DNA of 64,000 nt from an uncultured Pseudomonadota bacterium. GTDB lineage: Bacteria > Pseudomonadota > Alphaproteobacteria > Rhizobiales > Beijerinckiaceae. Every line of letters starts with the position of its first letter. Within the stretch, counting starts at the first letter, position 1. This document shows, one piece after another, positions 1 to 10,792 of the stretch. A program made the position numbers and the translations under genes. A model generated the notes under the pieces. The model was given only the letters and a program-made list of their open reading frames with translations. It was not told where the DNA came from and did no database searches. The stretch covers positions 11,169 to 75,168 of the forward strand of contig CAVQBX010000057.1 of NCBI GenBank assembly GCA_963710855.1, in the 5' to 3' direction.

Positions 1-862
1 TGAGATCGCGCGTCATCTGCATGCCGTGCCACGCGGTCGACACGCTGCGGCGTGCTCTCCGGCCATTGGCCGAACGTCGCGGGTGTTGTGGCAGAAGGTG
101 CAGTTGACCCCAAGGCTGTTCGAGATCGCGATCATCAGCGAATAGGTTCTCTCCGTCGCCTGCATCGGCGCGCCGTAGCCGACCGGCAGCGCCTGCGTCG
201 CCTGCACGCGAACGTACGCCGTTGCCGTCGAACAGGCCTGAGAACGGATCCGTGCTCAGCCCCGTCGAGCCGTTGAACTTGTTCGGGATGTCCAAAGCCG
301 TCAGTTGTCGGTCGCAAAGCCCGCCGGCTCTCGCGGCGGCTCATTGAACCAGATGTTGGCGGGAACCGGCTGGCCGCGATGGCAGGTGTAGCAGGTGACG
401 CCGGTCTGCGCCGACATGCGCCTGCCAATCCTTGTTGATGTGCCGCGTCATTTGCAGCATGACGCGCGCGACGCGCTTGGTGTAGAGGCCGTCGTCGGCC
501 ATGTTGTCGGCGTTGTGGCAATAGGTGCAGCCCTGATCCGGCGGCGCGACCCAATGCGGCATAGCCAGCATGACCCGATTGAACTGGTCGGCGCTGAGAT
601 CGGTCAGCACCTGCACGTTCTTGTAGACGCTCGTCGCCTTGTCGCCGTCCGGCGAGGCCTTGTCGATCGGATCGGGCAGCGTGTTGGCGAGCTTGAGCAG
701 GCGCTCGGACTCGTTGGTCGACAGTTGCTCCATCCCGAGTGCCGCGAAAGCCGCTTTGGCGCGCCGTGGATCGGCGGATGGCTCCAACCCGCGGTGAACA
801 GCATCGCCGCGGTCAGCAGGACGAACGCCGCCGCCGGCGAACAGCAGGACGATGTCTCTCAT
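1..862 (-). CDS. pufC: Photosynthetic reaction centre multiheme cytochrome c subunit (3' truncated by window, frameshifted)
   Basis: Heme motifs QGCTYCH, TCYTCH and GVNCTFCH, plus [11 protein letters not shown] and [11 protein letters not shown], spread over several frames; ATG at 862 overlaps the pufM stop. Confidence 0.95.
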
Positions 863-1846
863 TGCGAGGCTCCCGTGCGGCTGCCGGATCGACGACCGGC
901 GGGAAGACATGCGGGTAGGAGGGCGCGATGCCGTGCTGAACCGCCCACAGATACCAGTTGTCGACCACGGTGCCGGTCAGCAGGATGCCGATGCCGCCGG
1001 TCAGCGGGCACAGCACCGCGAACCACCAGGCCCAGCGATGGATCGATTCCATCGTCGCGTTGAAGCCCATCGTCCAGCGCCAGAACAGCGCCGCGCGCTC
1101 CGCCGCCGTGCCGCGATAGAGGATCTGCTCGACCTCGCGCTCGCCGCCGAAGCGGCCGACCGCGAGGATCGTCGCGCCATGCATGGCGAACAGCAGCGCC
1201 GATCCATAGAGGAACGCGATCGAAAGCATGTGGAACGGATTGTAGAACAGATTGCCGTAGCGGATCGAGAACGCCGCGGTCCAATCAAGGTGCGGGAAGA
1301 TGCCGAACGGCACCGCCTCGCTCCAGTGGCCCATCAGCAGCGGCCGGATGAAGCCGAGCACCAGATAGAGCCAGATCGCGGAGGCGAACGCCCAGGCGGT
1401 GTGCGTGCCCAGGCCGAGCGCGACGGCGCGCCGGTACATCCGCGCCCACCACAGCAGGATCGACGTGGTCAGGAAGAATCCGGCCATCAGCCACCAGCCG
1501 CCTTCGGCCAGCGGCGGCATGATCGTGATGCCGTATTCCGGCTTCGGCGGCTCGAGCGCCAGCCAGGGCAACTGGCGCACGAACTGGATCGGATTCCAGT
1601 GCACCGAGGCCAGCATGTTGAGCCCGATGATCTCGAACGCGAAGAAGCCGAACAGCAGCGACAGCGACGCCGAGAGCGCCGAGATAGATCGGGCCGATCT
1701 GGGCGTTGCCGATGACGCCGAACCAATATTCGAAGCCGGGCACGACCGACGCGCTCGCGCGCTGATCGCCGATTCGCCGACGCCGAAATCGGGATCGATC
1801 GGGCCGAACCTGAACCTGCGTGAAGATGTTTTGATAGACTGGCCAT
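859..1846 (-). CDS. pufM: Reaction centre M subunit (frameshifted)
   Basis: [65 protein letters not shown]. Confidence 0.98.
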
Positions 1847-1864
1847 GGACGAGCCTCCCGGCGA

Positions 1865-2693
1865 CTAGCGCCAGATCGGCAGGTTGAGCCACCAGTTCCA
1901 CCATTCCGGCCAGCCGCGGGTCCAGAACGGTCCGCTGATGATGATGCAGACCGCGCTCCAGAACACCGCGGAGACGCGCCAGGAACAGGCCGAGCCGATG
2001 AATGCCGAGCGTGCCGATCGAATAGCCGATCGCGTCGCGGAAGTAGGTGTCCTCGTACTCGGTCGGTCTCACCGTCTTGTCCAGCGCCGCGGATTGGCGG
2101 CGGAGAGGATCAGCGAGCCGTGCATCGCCAGCGCGAGCGCGGTCGTGAAGAAGAACGTCACCGCCAGCATGTGCGCGGGATTGTAGTGGAAGTGCAGATA
2201 TTGGTAGCCGGTGTTGGACACCCAATCGAGATGGCTGAGGATGCCGTAGGGAAATCCGTAGCCCCAGGCGCCCATCAGCACCGGGCGGATCACGACCAGC
2301 GTGACATAGGCGAAGATCGCCAAGCCGAAGGCGAGCGGCACGTGATAGCCGATGCCGAGCTTGCGGCAGATTTCGACTTCGCGCAGCGCCCAGGAGACGA
2401 AGGCGCCGATCGCGCAGACCGTGATGAACTGCCACAGGCCGCCTTCCTTCAGCGGCGCGAAGCCGAGACCGTATTTGAGGTCGGGCGGCGCGATGTTGAT
2501 CTGCCAGATGTTCCAGGTCGGACCCGAGCGCGGCGCCGTAGAGGATCAGCGCGGTGCCGAGCGCGGTGAAGATCAGCGTCGTGACGCCGAAGAACCCGAC
2601 GTAGAACGGCCCGACCCAGAAGTCGAACAGATCGCCGCCGATGAGCGTGCCGCCGCGCACGCGGTATTTCTTTTCGAAGCTGAGCATCGCCAT
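1865..2693 (-). CDS. pufL: Reaction centre L subunit (frameshifted)
   Basis: [36 protein letters not shown]; [22 protein letters not shown]; [13 protein letters not shown]. Confidence 0.98.
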
Positions 2694-2735
2694 GGCCGGC
2701 GCTCCCCGGATGATTCGTTGTTGTGGTAGGTTTGC

Positions 2736-2772
2736 CGGCGCGGACGGGCGCTTGAATCGCCCGCCCGCGCCG
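2736..2772 (-). promoter_or_regulatory. pufA-pufL intercistronic stem-loop
   Basis: 15-bp GC stem cggcgcggacgggcg / cgcccgcccgcgccg with a 7-nt loop, at the position of the known puf mRNA-stabilising hairpin. Confidence 0.7.
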
Positions 2773-2782
2773 CAGTCGACTG

Positions 2783-2980
2783 TTACGTCTCGGCCAAACG
2801 CTCAGACCGAGCGCTGGTCGTCTGTTCGATCTGACCCGTCTTGAACGGCTTGCCTTCCAGCCAGTTGAACCGATCGGTGCTGAGCAGGATGAAGTGGATC
2901 ATCAGCGCCAGAACGAACAGGAAGGCGAAAAGCGCGACCAGCGCGCGGCGCGGATCGAACAGCAGCCAAATTCTGTACAT
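2783..2980 (-). CDS. pufA: LH1 alpha polypeptide
   Basis: [43 protein letters not shown]; SD GAGGAG. Confidence 0.97.
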   Translation of the reverse strand: MYRIWLLFDPRRALVALFAFLFVLALMIHFILLSTDRFNWLEGKPFKTGQIEQTTSARSERLAET

Positions 2981-2992
2981 GTGCCTCTCCTC

Positions 2993-3222
2993 TCAACCGA
3001 TCAGCGACATCGACGTGATGGACGGCCGAAGTGGCGCCATCCAGCAGCGCGTAACCCTTGGGACCCGGAATCCAGGGCCGCCAGATCCACACCAGGATGT
3101 GCGCGATGATCGCGATGACGGTGAAGGCGATGAAGCTCGTGACGAACAGGGCGTGAAACTCCCTGGCCTCCGCTTCCGTCAATCCGGACAGAGATCGATC
3201 TGCCGTGGCACTCGTTGGCCAT
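2993..3222 (-). CDS. pufB: LH1 beta polypeptide (frameshifted)
   Basis: [17 protein letters not shown]...[12 protein letters not shown]; SD GGAGG upstream. Confidence 0.96.
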
Positions 3223-3296
3223 GTCATGGCTTGACCTCCGTTCAAGTTACCGCGCACGCCCTAGCGCGGCGGGAATTCGTCGAGACTTTGTCAGAG

Positions 3297-3581
3297 TCAC
3301 GACAGGCGTTCCGGGCGGTTGCGCCGCTCGGATGATTGCAACATCGATCTTGGCCATCAAGGCGCACGAGGTCGCGATAGAGGCTTGCGAGCGCGCTTCG
3401 ACGCTCCACGAGCCGTCGCGCTGCGGGATCGGTGCTCATCGGGTTCAGCCGTAGCGCGTCATAGAGACGCGTAAACACCCTCAGAGATCACGAACAAAGG
3501 CAGCAGGACGGCCATAGACCAGCCGCCACTGCAGGTCCCCTGACGTGCGCGCCCTCGACTGCAGGAATGAGCCAGTCTCAT
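3297..3581 (-). CDS. pufQ: PufQ-like small membrane protein (rebuilt across indels)
   Basis: SD GAGGGAG plus ATG at 3581; stitched reading WRLVYGVLLPLFVISEGFTRLY...WSVEARSQASIATSCALMA; sits between bchZ and pufB. Confidence 0.6.
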
Positions 3582-3614
3582 GGCTTCGTCTCCCTCAATG
3601 CTCTTTGCTCGCGC

Positions 3615-5056
3615 TCAGCGTCGAGAGCTCGCGCGCGCGCGCTCGACCTCGATAACGTCAACCTCAGTCTCGCCGAGTCGTCGCGCTTCGCGCTCGGCCG
3701 CGTCGCGCAAGCGCTTGGCCGCGGAAATGCGCACGAGGACGGGCTCGCCTCGACGAATTCGTCGAGCCTCGCCTTCGCCTCGTCGCTCCAGTCGCAGTTC
3801 GCGATGCAGCCGCGCCGGCGTCGCCTCGACCCGGTCCAGGTCGGTCGCCAGCGGCAGGATGTGGAACAGCGCGTCGAACAGCGCGTTGCAGACTTCCTGC
3901 ACGAGATAGGTGGCGCCGGCATAGCCCATGAACGGCGTGCCGGTGTGGCGGCGGATGATCGCGCCCGGGAACGAGGCGGGAATGTAGATGGCGCGCGCGC
4001 CGGCTTCCGCGAGATACAGGCGCTCGTTGTAACTGCCGAACATCACCAGCGGCGTCTTCGTGCGGACCGCCTCGCGCACCGCCGCGTTGTCCGTCTTCTC
4101 GCCCGGTTTGCGGGAAATCGCGAACATGCAGGGCAGGCCCATCTCGTCTTCGAGGAAATGCCGCACGCCGCGCGCATAGGTCTCGTTGGCGACGATCGCG
4201 AAGGTCGCGGTGCCGAAGAAATCCTGCGTCACCGAGCGCCAGAGATCCCAGATCGGCTTGATCGTCGTGTGCTTCTCGCGCTCGATGAAGGGCTCGCGGA
4301 TCGAGGCCGCGCAGTTCGCCGAGCTTGCGCAGGAATTTGGTCGTCGATATGCAGGCCGATCGGCGCCTGCAGATAGGGCCGGTCCAGCGCCTCGCACAGA
4401 GCGCGGCCGAATTCGCGATACATGCAGACGTTGACGTCGGCGTCGGCGAGTCGCGGGACATCGGCGAGATGGCGCCGAGCGGAAAGACGAGATTGATCTC
4501 GGCGCCGATCCCCTCGACCAGCCGCACGATTTCCGCGAGGTCGGAGGGCATGTTGAACACGCCGTAGCTGGGGCCGATGATGTTGACGCGCGGCTTGGCG
4601 CCGGCCTCGCGCGGCTTGGCCTTGGCGGCTTGCCTTCGCGCCGAATTCGGTCCACAGCCAGAGCATCGCGCGGTTGGCGCACTGCCACTGATCTTCGTCG
4701 ATCGTGCGCGGCAGGAAGCGCTGCAGGCTCGAGCCTTCGGGCGTCACGCCGCCGCCGATCATTTCCGCGATCGAGCCGGTGACGACGACGCTCGGCAGAT
4801 CGGGATCGAGCGTCTTGTGGGCGCGCCTCATCGCGCCTTCGGTGCCGTGCCGGCCGAGCTCTTCTTCGGAGAGGCCGGTGACGACGATCGGCAATTCGTG
4901 CGGCGGCAACGCGTCGGTGTAGTGCAGCACCGAGGTGACCGGCAGGTTCTCGCAGCCGACCGGACCGTCGATGACGACCTGCAGACCCTTGATCGCGGTG
5001 AAGACATAGACCGCGCCCCAATAGCCGCCGGCGCGGTCGTGATCGAGGACTAGCAT
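3615..5056 (-). CDS. bchZ: Chlorophyllide a reductase subunit Z (frameshifted)
   Basis: [57 protein letters not shown]; stop at 3615 or 3578. Confidence 0.96.
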
Positions 5057-6615
5057 GCGCCCAGCTCCTCGCCTGGCTTCGCGGGCTTGGCCTTGCGTGC
5101 GCTTCGGGCGAAACTCTGGCCGGTCCTTCGGCGCCTCGCGCCATACGCCCGCGGCAAAGCCTTCGCCGACGCCTGTCGAAGAAAGATCTGCATCTCGGCG
5201 AAACGCGGGCCGCGACTGGCGAGCGCCGCGTTGATGACCTTGCGCCAGCGAGCCGGCGCCGGCGACGCCCATCAGCGGCCGCGCCGAAATCAGGTTGGTG
5301 AAATAGAGCGCGGGGATCGCCAGCGTCTTGGCCTCCTGCACGACCGGCGTCGTGCCGATCGCGAGATCGGGCTCGAACTCGTCGCATCGCCGCGAGATCC
5401 TGCTCGAGCGAGGCGCGATACTGAACATCGACGCCGTGGGCCTCGAGCCAATCGCGATCGTCGCTGCGAATACGGCGTGCGCGGACAGGCGGTGCCGACA
5501 TAGCGCAGGTCCGCGCCGCTCTCGACCAGCAGGCGCCCGACGAGCAGTTCCGAACCTTCGTAGCCCGAGAGCGTGATGCGGCCGCGGATCGGCGCGGCGG
5601 CGAGCGCGGCCTCGATCGCCGGCAGCAGCCGCGCCTTGGCGGCGTCGAGCTTTGCGGCCTCGACGTTGCAGGCCGCGGCGATCGCGTCGAGCCAGGCCGC
5701 CGTGCCGTCGACGCCGACCGGCGCGGAGCCGACGACCGGCCGGCCCGCGGCCTGGAACTCGCGGACGCAGGCGGTGTAGAACGGATGGATCGCCGCGACG
5801 GCGGCGCAATCGAGCGCGCCATAGAGTTCGCGCCATTCGCGCGTCGGGAACGACGGGCCCGGCGGCCAGGCCGAGCGGCTCCAGCAGGCCGCCGATCTGC
5901 ACCGGATCGGCCGGGAACATTTCGCCGATCAGCGTGACGGTCGGTATCTCCGCGCGCGGCGTGCGCGGCGCCTGCACCGGGCCCTGCTCGGCTTCGCTGG
6001 CGCGCGAAATGCAGCATCGCGCCGGCGAGCACGTCCTTCGCTTCGGCGTGCGTCGGCACGCCGAAGCCGGGCACGTCGATGCCGATGATGCGCACGCCGT
6101 CGATCTCCTTCGGCAGCAGCCGCAGCGGCACGCCCGAGGCGGTCGGCACGCAGAGATTGATGACGACGACCGCGTCGTATTTGTCGGGGTCGGCGAGCTT
6201 GAAGACCGCTTCGCGGATGTCCTCGAACAGCTTGCCGGTGACCAGCGTCTCGGAGTTGAACGGCACGTAGCCGACGGTGCGGCGCGCGCCGTAGAAATGC
6301 GAGGTGAAGGTCAGGCCGTAGACGCAGCAGGCCGAGCCCGACAGCACGGTCGCGGTGCGCCGCATGCGCAGTCCGACGCGCAGCGAGCCGAAGGCCGGGC
6401 ACATGCTTTGCGGCTGATCGTGCGGGCCGGCGGGATAGTCCTTGGCGTAGCGCGCGAGCGTTTCGCTCATGCCGGCCTTCTCGGCCGCGCGCGCGCATCC
6501 TTGCCTTGCCCGCCGTGGCAGCCCGAGTCCGTCGCCGCGCACGCCGTGCGCGCTCGTCGGCTCGTCGGAGCTCGCGGCTTCGAGCGGTCGGGTCGGCGAT
6601 GGCGTCGAGCGTCAT
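5050..6615 (-). CDS. bchY: Chlorophyllide a reductase subunit Y (frameshifted)
   Basis: [50 protein letters not shown]. Confidence 0.96.
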
Positions 6616-6622
6616 GGCGACC

Positions 6623-7617
6623 TCACACGGTGTCGTAGACGACTTCGAGCGACGGCTTCGGCGCGAAGCGTCGCGCCGCACATGTCCTCCATCGTCGCGG
6701 GATCGAGCACGACGTCGCGGCCGACCGCTTCGCCCTTGAACAGGCCGAGCAGTGCGTCCTGGCGTCAGCGGCTTCGGCCGGATCGGCGGCGCCTCGGCGA
6801 CGTTGGCGGCGAGCTGCTCGAACAGCGGCGCCCAGCGGCCGCCGGGCTTGCCGATGATCTCGTAGTTGGCGCTCTTGCGGCGGATGTCCTCGTCGGCGGG
6901 AATCGCCGCGAGGACCGGAATGCCGACCGCCTCGGCGAAAGCCTGCGCCTCGCCGGTGCCGTCGTCCTTGTTGATGACGAGGCCGCCGACGCCGACATTG
7001 CCGCCGAGCTTGCGGAAATATTCGACCGCCGAGCAGACATTGTTGGCGACATAGAGCGACTGCAGATCGTTCGAGCCGACGACGATCACTTTCTGGCACA
7101 TGTCGCGCGCGATCGGCAGGCCGAAGCCGCCGCACACCACGTCGCCGAGGAAATCGAGCAGCACGTAGTCGAAGCCCCATTCGTGGAAGCCGAGCTTCTC
7201 CAGCAGTTCGAAGCCGTGGATGATGCCGCGTCCGCCGCAGCCGCGGCCGACCTCCGGGCCGCCGAGCTCCATCGCGAACACGCCGTCGCGCTTGAAGCAG
7301 ACGTCGCCGATCGCGACCGCCTCGCCCGCGAGCTTCTTCTTCGTCGAGGTCTCGATGATGGTCGGGCAGGCGCGGCCGCCGAACAGCAGCGAAGTGGTGT
7401 CGCTCTTCGGATCGCAGCCGATCAGCAGCACCTTCTTGCCCTGCTGCGCCATCATGTAGGAGAGGTTGGCGAGCGTGAAGCTCTTGCCGATGCCGCCCTT
7501 GCCGTAGATCGCGATGATCTGCGTCGCCTTCTTCGGCCTACGGGCAGCGTCGGTCTTCCGCGATCGAGATGCGCGGGCGGGTTGGCGAGTTCCGCCTCGC
7601 TCAGAAAGCTCGGTCAT
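6623..7617 (-). CDS. bchX: Chlorophyllide a reductase iron protein X
   Basis: [42 protein letters not shown]-terminal SLEVVYD. Confidence 0.97.
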
Positions 7618-8558
7618 GTCGCGCTCCAATCGAGGACCATCTTCAGGCAGTCGGGTCGCTGAAGGCGGTCGGATAGGCGTCCGCCGCCTCGCGCGCGGCG
7701 CGGCGATGGGTGATCAGGCCGTCGAGCGACAGCGCGCCGCGCTCGACAAGGTCGCGCGCCTGCGGCGAGATCGCCCGGCGCCATTGCGCCGCGATGCGGA
7801 TCTCGGCCTCGCGCATGAAGGCCGGCGGAAAGGCGAAGCTGACGACGTCGTAGAAGCCGGCGAGCACGATCTCGCCGCCGCGGCGCGAGGCGCTGGATCA
7901 GCGATCGAGAGCCTGCGCGTCGCCGCTGACGTCGAAGATCGTTCGATAGTCGCGGCGCGGATCGTCGTCGGGCGTCAATCACGTCGTAGCCGAACGCCGC
8001 CGCTCGGCGCGCAGCGATGTTGTCTCCCAGACGACCGGCGCCGCAGCCGACGCGCACCGCCAGCCGCGCCAGCAACCGGCCGAGCACGCCGTGGCCGACG
8101 ATCAGCGTCGGTCCTTCGGGACGCGGCGATCTTCGAGCGCGTGCAGGGCGGTCGCGGCGAGCGCCAGCAGGACGCCGCGTTCGCCGAGATCCGCATCGAT
8201 CGGCACGACGCGCGCGCCCGGCGCGACGAGACGCGAGGCCGACGCCGCCGTACAGGCCGCGCACGGCGCCGAAACAGTGCGCGCCGGGGACGAAGACGTG
8301 TCGCGCCGACCGCGACGCCCGCCTCCGGCGCCCGCGCTGACGACCGTTCCGACGGTCTCGTAGCCGGGAACCAGCGGATAGCCCATGCCGGGAAAGGCGG
8401 GCATGCGGCCGGTGTAGAGCAGCCTCTCGGTGCCGGTGCTGATGCCGCTCCAGCGGGTCTCGACGACGACGTCTCGCGCGCTGCGGCTCGTCGAGCGCGA
8501 GCGACGTCAGCGCCAGACGCTCCGGCTGCTCCATCACGACGGCAAGGGACTTCATCAT
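7614..8558 (-). CDS. bchC: Bacteriochlorophyllide a 3-hydroxyethyl dehydrogenase (frameshifted)
   Basis: [49 protein letters not shown]. Confidence 0.95.
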   Translation of the reverse strand: MMKSLAVVMEQPERLALTSLALDEPQRARRRRRDPLERHQHRHREAALHRPHARLSRHGLSAGSRLRDRRNGRQRGRRRRASRSARHVFVPGAHCFGAVRGLYGGVGLASRRAGRARRADRCGSRRTRRPAGARRDRPARARRSPRPEGPTLIVGHGVLGRLLARLAVRVGCGAGRLGDNIAARRAAAFGYDVIDARRRSAPRLSNDLRRQRRRAGSRSLIQRLAPRRRDRARRLLRRRQLRLSAGLHARGRDPHRGAMAPGDLAAGARPCRARRAVARRPDHPSPRRARGGGRLSDRLQRPDCLKMVLDWSAT

Positions 8559-8594
8559 TGTCGACCCTCCGCCTCTCGATCGTTCTGGCCCGAG

Positions 8595-8638
8595 TGTCAG
8601 TCTAGTATGACATTCTAAAACGTCAACTTAAATTTACA
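8595..8638 (-). promoter_or_regulatory. bchC promoter with tandem PpsR/CrtJ boxes
   Basis: TGT-N12-ACA at 8595-8612 and CGT-N12-ACA at 8621-8638, 8 bp apart; minus strand TTGACG-N16-TAGACT. Confidence 0.9.
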
Positions 8639-8685
8639 CACGTCGCGCAATCACGACGCTGGCCAAGCAGCGGCCGGCGGCGTCT

Positions 8686-9809
8686 TCAGCGCTGCGGCCG
8701 GCCGTGAAGCCCGCCGTCGTCAGCAGTTGCGACGATTTCGCCGGCCGAGCGCGGCGCGGCCGCGGCCCATCGCCAGCAGATAGAAGCCGAAATAGGCGTC
8801 GCCGATCGGCTCGGCGCCGGGGTCGCCGCCATCGGCTCGGCGATCAACAACGCGCCGCCCGGCCGAAGCGCCGCGTGCGCGCGCGCAGCAGCGGCAGCGC
8901 CGATTCGTCGTCGTGGTCGTGCAGGACGCGCACCAGCGAGACGATGTCCGCGCCTTGCGGCAGCGGATCGGCGAGGAAGTCGCCGGCGAAAACGCGCGAC
9001 GCGCGCCGCAAGGCCGCGCTTCGCGAGCGCCGCGCGGGCGCGCTCCGCCACCGGGGGCAGATCGAACAGCATCAGGTCGCAGCTGGGCGCGCGCGCCGGC
9101 GACGGCGCGCGAGAAAGCGCCTTCGCCGCCGCCGACATCGAGCAGGCCGCCGTGCCGCGCGGCGGGAAGGCGTCGAGCACGTCCTCGGCGATCAGCGCCT
9201 GCGAACGCGACATCAATTCGCTATAGGCGCGTAGGCGTCGCGCGTCCTCGGCGCGCAGGCGCCAGCGGCGGATCGCCTGGCCGGCGCGCCGCGTAGGGCC
9301 AGAAGTGCGCGAGCCGCGTCGTGCGTCTCGCCGCGCAGCAGCGCCACGGGATCGCGCAGATCGTCGTAGAGCAGCGCGTGATGCTCGACGAAGGCGGCGA
9401 TGGAGGGATTGCCGACCAGCGCCGCGCCGAGGTCGGCGAGCGCGAAGCGGCCGTCGCGCAGTCGCGCTCGCAGAAGCTTCAGCGCCGCCGCCGCGCGCAA
9501 CAGCCGCTCCGTCGCCTCCGGCGTCGAGGCCGATTTCGGCGCTGAGCGAGCGGCTGGAGCGCGGCGCCGTCGGCGAGCCGCTCGAACACGTCGAGCCGCA
9601 CGCAGGCGGCAGGATTTGCGAATAGACGAAGCCGGCGCAGAGATCGAACAGCGCGCGCGCCCGTCTCTCGGCGATCGCGCGCGTCAGCGGAAACGCCGCG
9701 GCCCAGCGCTGAAAGCGCGGGATTGGCGATGAGCCGCCGCCGCCAGTGCCGCAGCCGCTCGCCGAACGGCGGCGGCGCGGCTCGCGCGTGCGGCGGCCGG
9801 GGCCGACAT
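8686..9809 (-). CDS. crtF: Carotenoid O-methyltransferase (frameshifted)
   Basis: FVEHHALLYDDLRDPVALLRGE, MSRSQALIAEDVLDA, LFDLPPVAE, LLIAEPM; follows crtE. Confidence 0.92.
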
Positions 9810-9810
9810 C

Positions 9811-10684
9811 TCAGGCCGCGACGCGCGCGAGCTGCTTGGGGAAGAACGCGCGGTCTGCGCCCGGATCAGCGTGCGCAGTTCCGCCGCGCCCGGGCAATCG
9901 GGATCGCCGCCGACGCGGCGTCGACCAGCGCGCTCCAGCCGCGCCTTGGCGCCGCCGACGCCGAGTTGGGCGGCGGCGTTCGGCCGCAGGCGGCCGGCGT
10001 CCTGGCCGATCGGCTTGCCGAGTTCCTCGGCGTCGCAGAGCACGTCGCGAAGGTCGTCGGCGACCTGATAGGCCTCGCCGATCGCCTGCCCGAGCGCCCG
10101 CCAGGGCTCGCGATCGGCGCCGGCCGCGGCGGCGCCGGCGAGCGTCGCGCCGACGAACAGGGCGCCGGTCTTGGCGCGCTGATAGTCGATGAGCGGCACG
10201 GCGGCCTCCCATTCCCAGGCCTGCCCGGCGACGATGCCGCCGGGCGAGCCGACGGCGCGCGCGACGATGCCAGTCAGCTGCGCGAGCTGCGGCGGCTTGC
10301 CGCTCGCAAGCCCGGGCGAGCGTCTCGAAGGCCAGGACGATCAGCGCGTCGCCGGTCAGCACCGCGATCGGCTCGCCGAAGTCGACATGCACCGAGGGCT
10401 TGCCGCGCCGCAGGTCGGCGTCGTCGAAGCAGGGCAGATCGTCGTGCACGAGCGAGGCGCAGTGCAGCAGTTCGATCGCCGCCGCCGCGGCGTCGGCCGC
10501 CGTCGGGTCGCGGTCGCCGCAGGCGCGCGCGACGGCGAGCGACGATCTGCGGGCGGATGCGGTGGCCGCCCGGGAAGACCGCATAGCGCAGCGCGCGGCG
10601 AGCAGCGGGCGGCGCGCCCGGCGCCCGCGGCGCTCGGCCACAGGCGTGCTCCAGGGCCTGTTCGACGCGCTCGGAGGGCTGCAT
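9811..10684 (-). CDS. crtE: Geranylgeranyl diphosphate synthase (frameshifted)
   Basis: [53 protein letters not shown]. Confidence 0.96.
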
Positions 10685-10741
10685 CGTTCGCTCCTCGTGA
10701 CAATTCATCTTGTCACTTCCGTGTCCATCTATAGATTGACA
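10685..10741. promoter_or_regulatory. Divergent crtE/crtD control region with PpsR-like sites
   Basis: CGT-N12-ACA at 10685-10702, inverted repeat GTGACAA-N6-TTGTCAC at 10697-10716, TGT-N14-ACA at 10722-10741. Confidence 0.5.
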
Positions 10742-10792
10742 TTTTTTGCAGCCGCGTCAATCTTTTTCGTCGGAGCGGCAAGGACGGGCGCG

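Noticed and set aside
813-2693. 626-aa ORF looking like a PufL-PufM fusion
   Set aside because: The middle is out-of-frame text; pufL has its own stop (1865) and pufM its own SD and ATG (1846). Indel artefact.
3615-7629. Apparent BchX-Y and BchY-Z fusions (566, 582 and 975 aa ORFs)
   Set aside because: Produced by frame slippage in GC-rich sequence with few stops; each gene has a normal start.
5929-7629. Nitrogenase nifH (here and at 29.9-30.7 kb)
   Set aside because: Motifs and neighbours identify the paralogues BchX and BchL.
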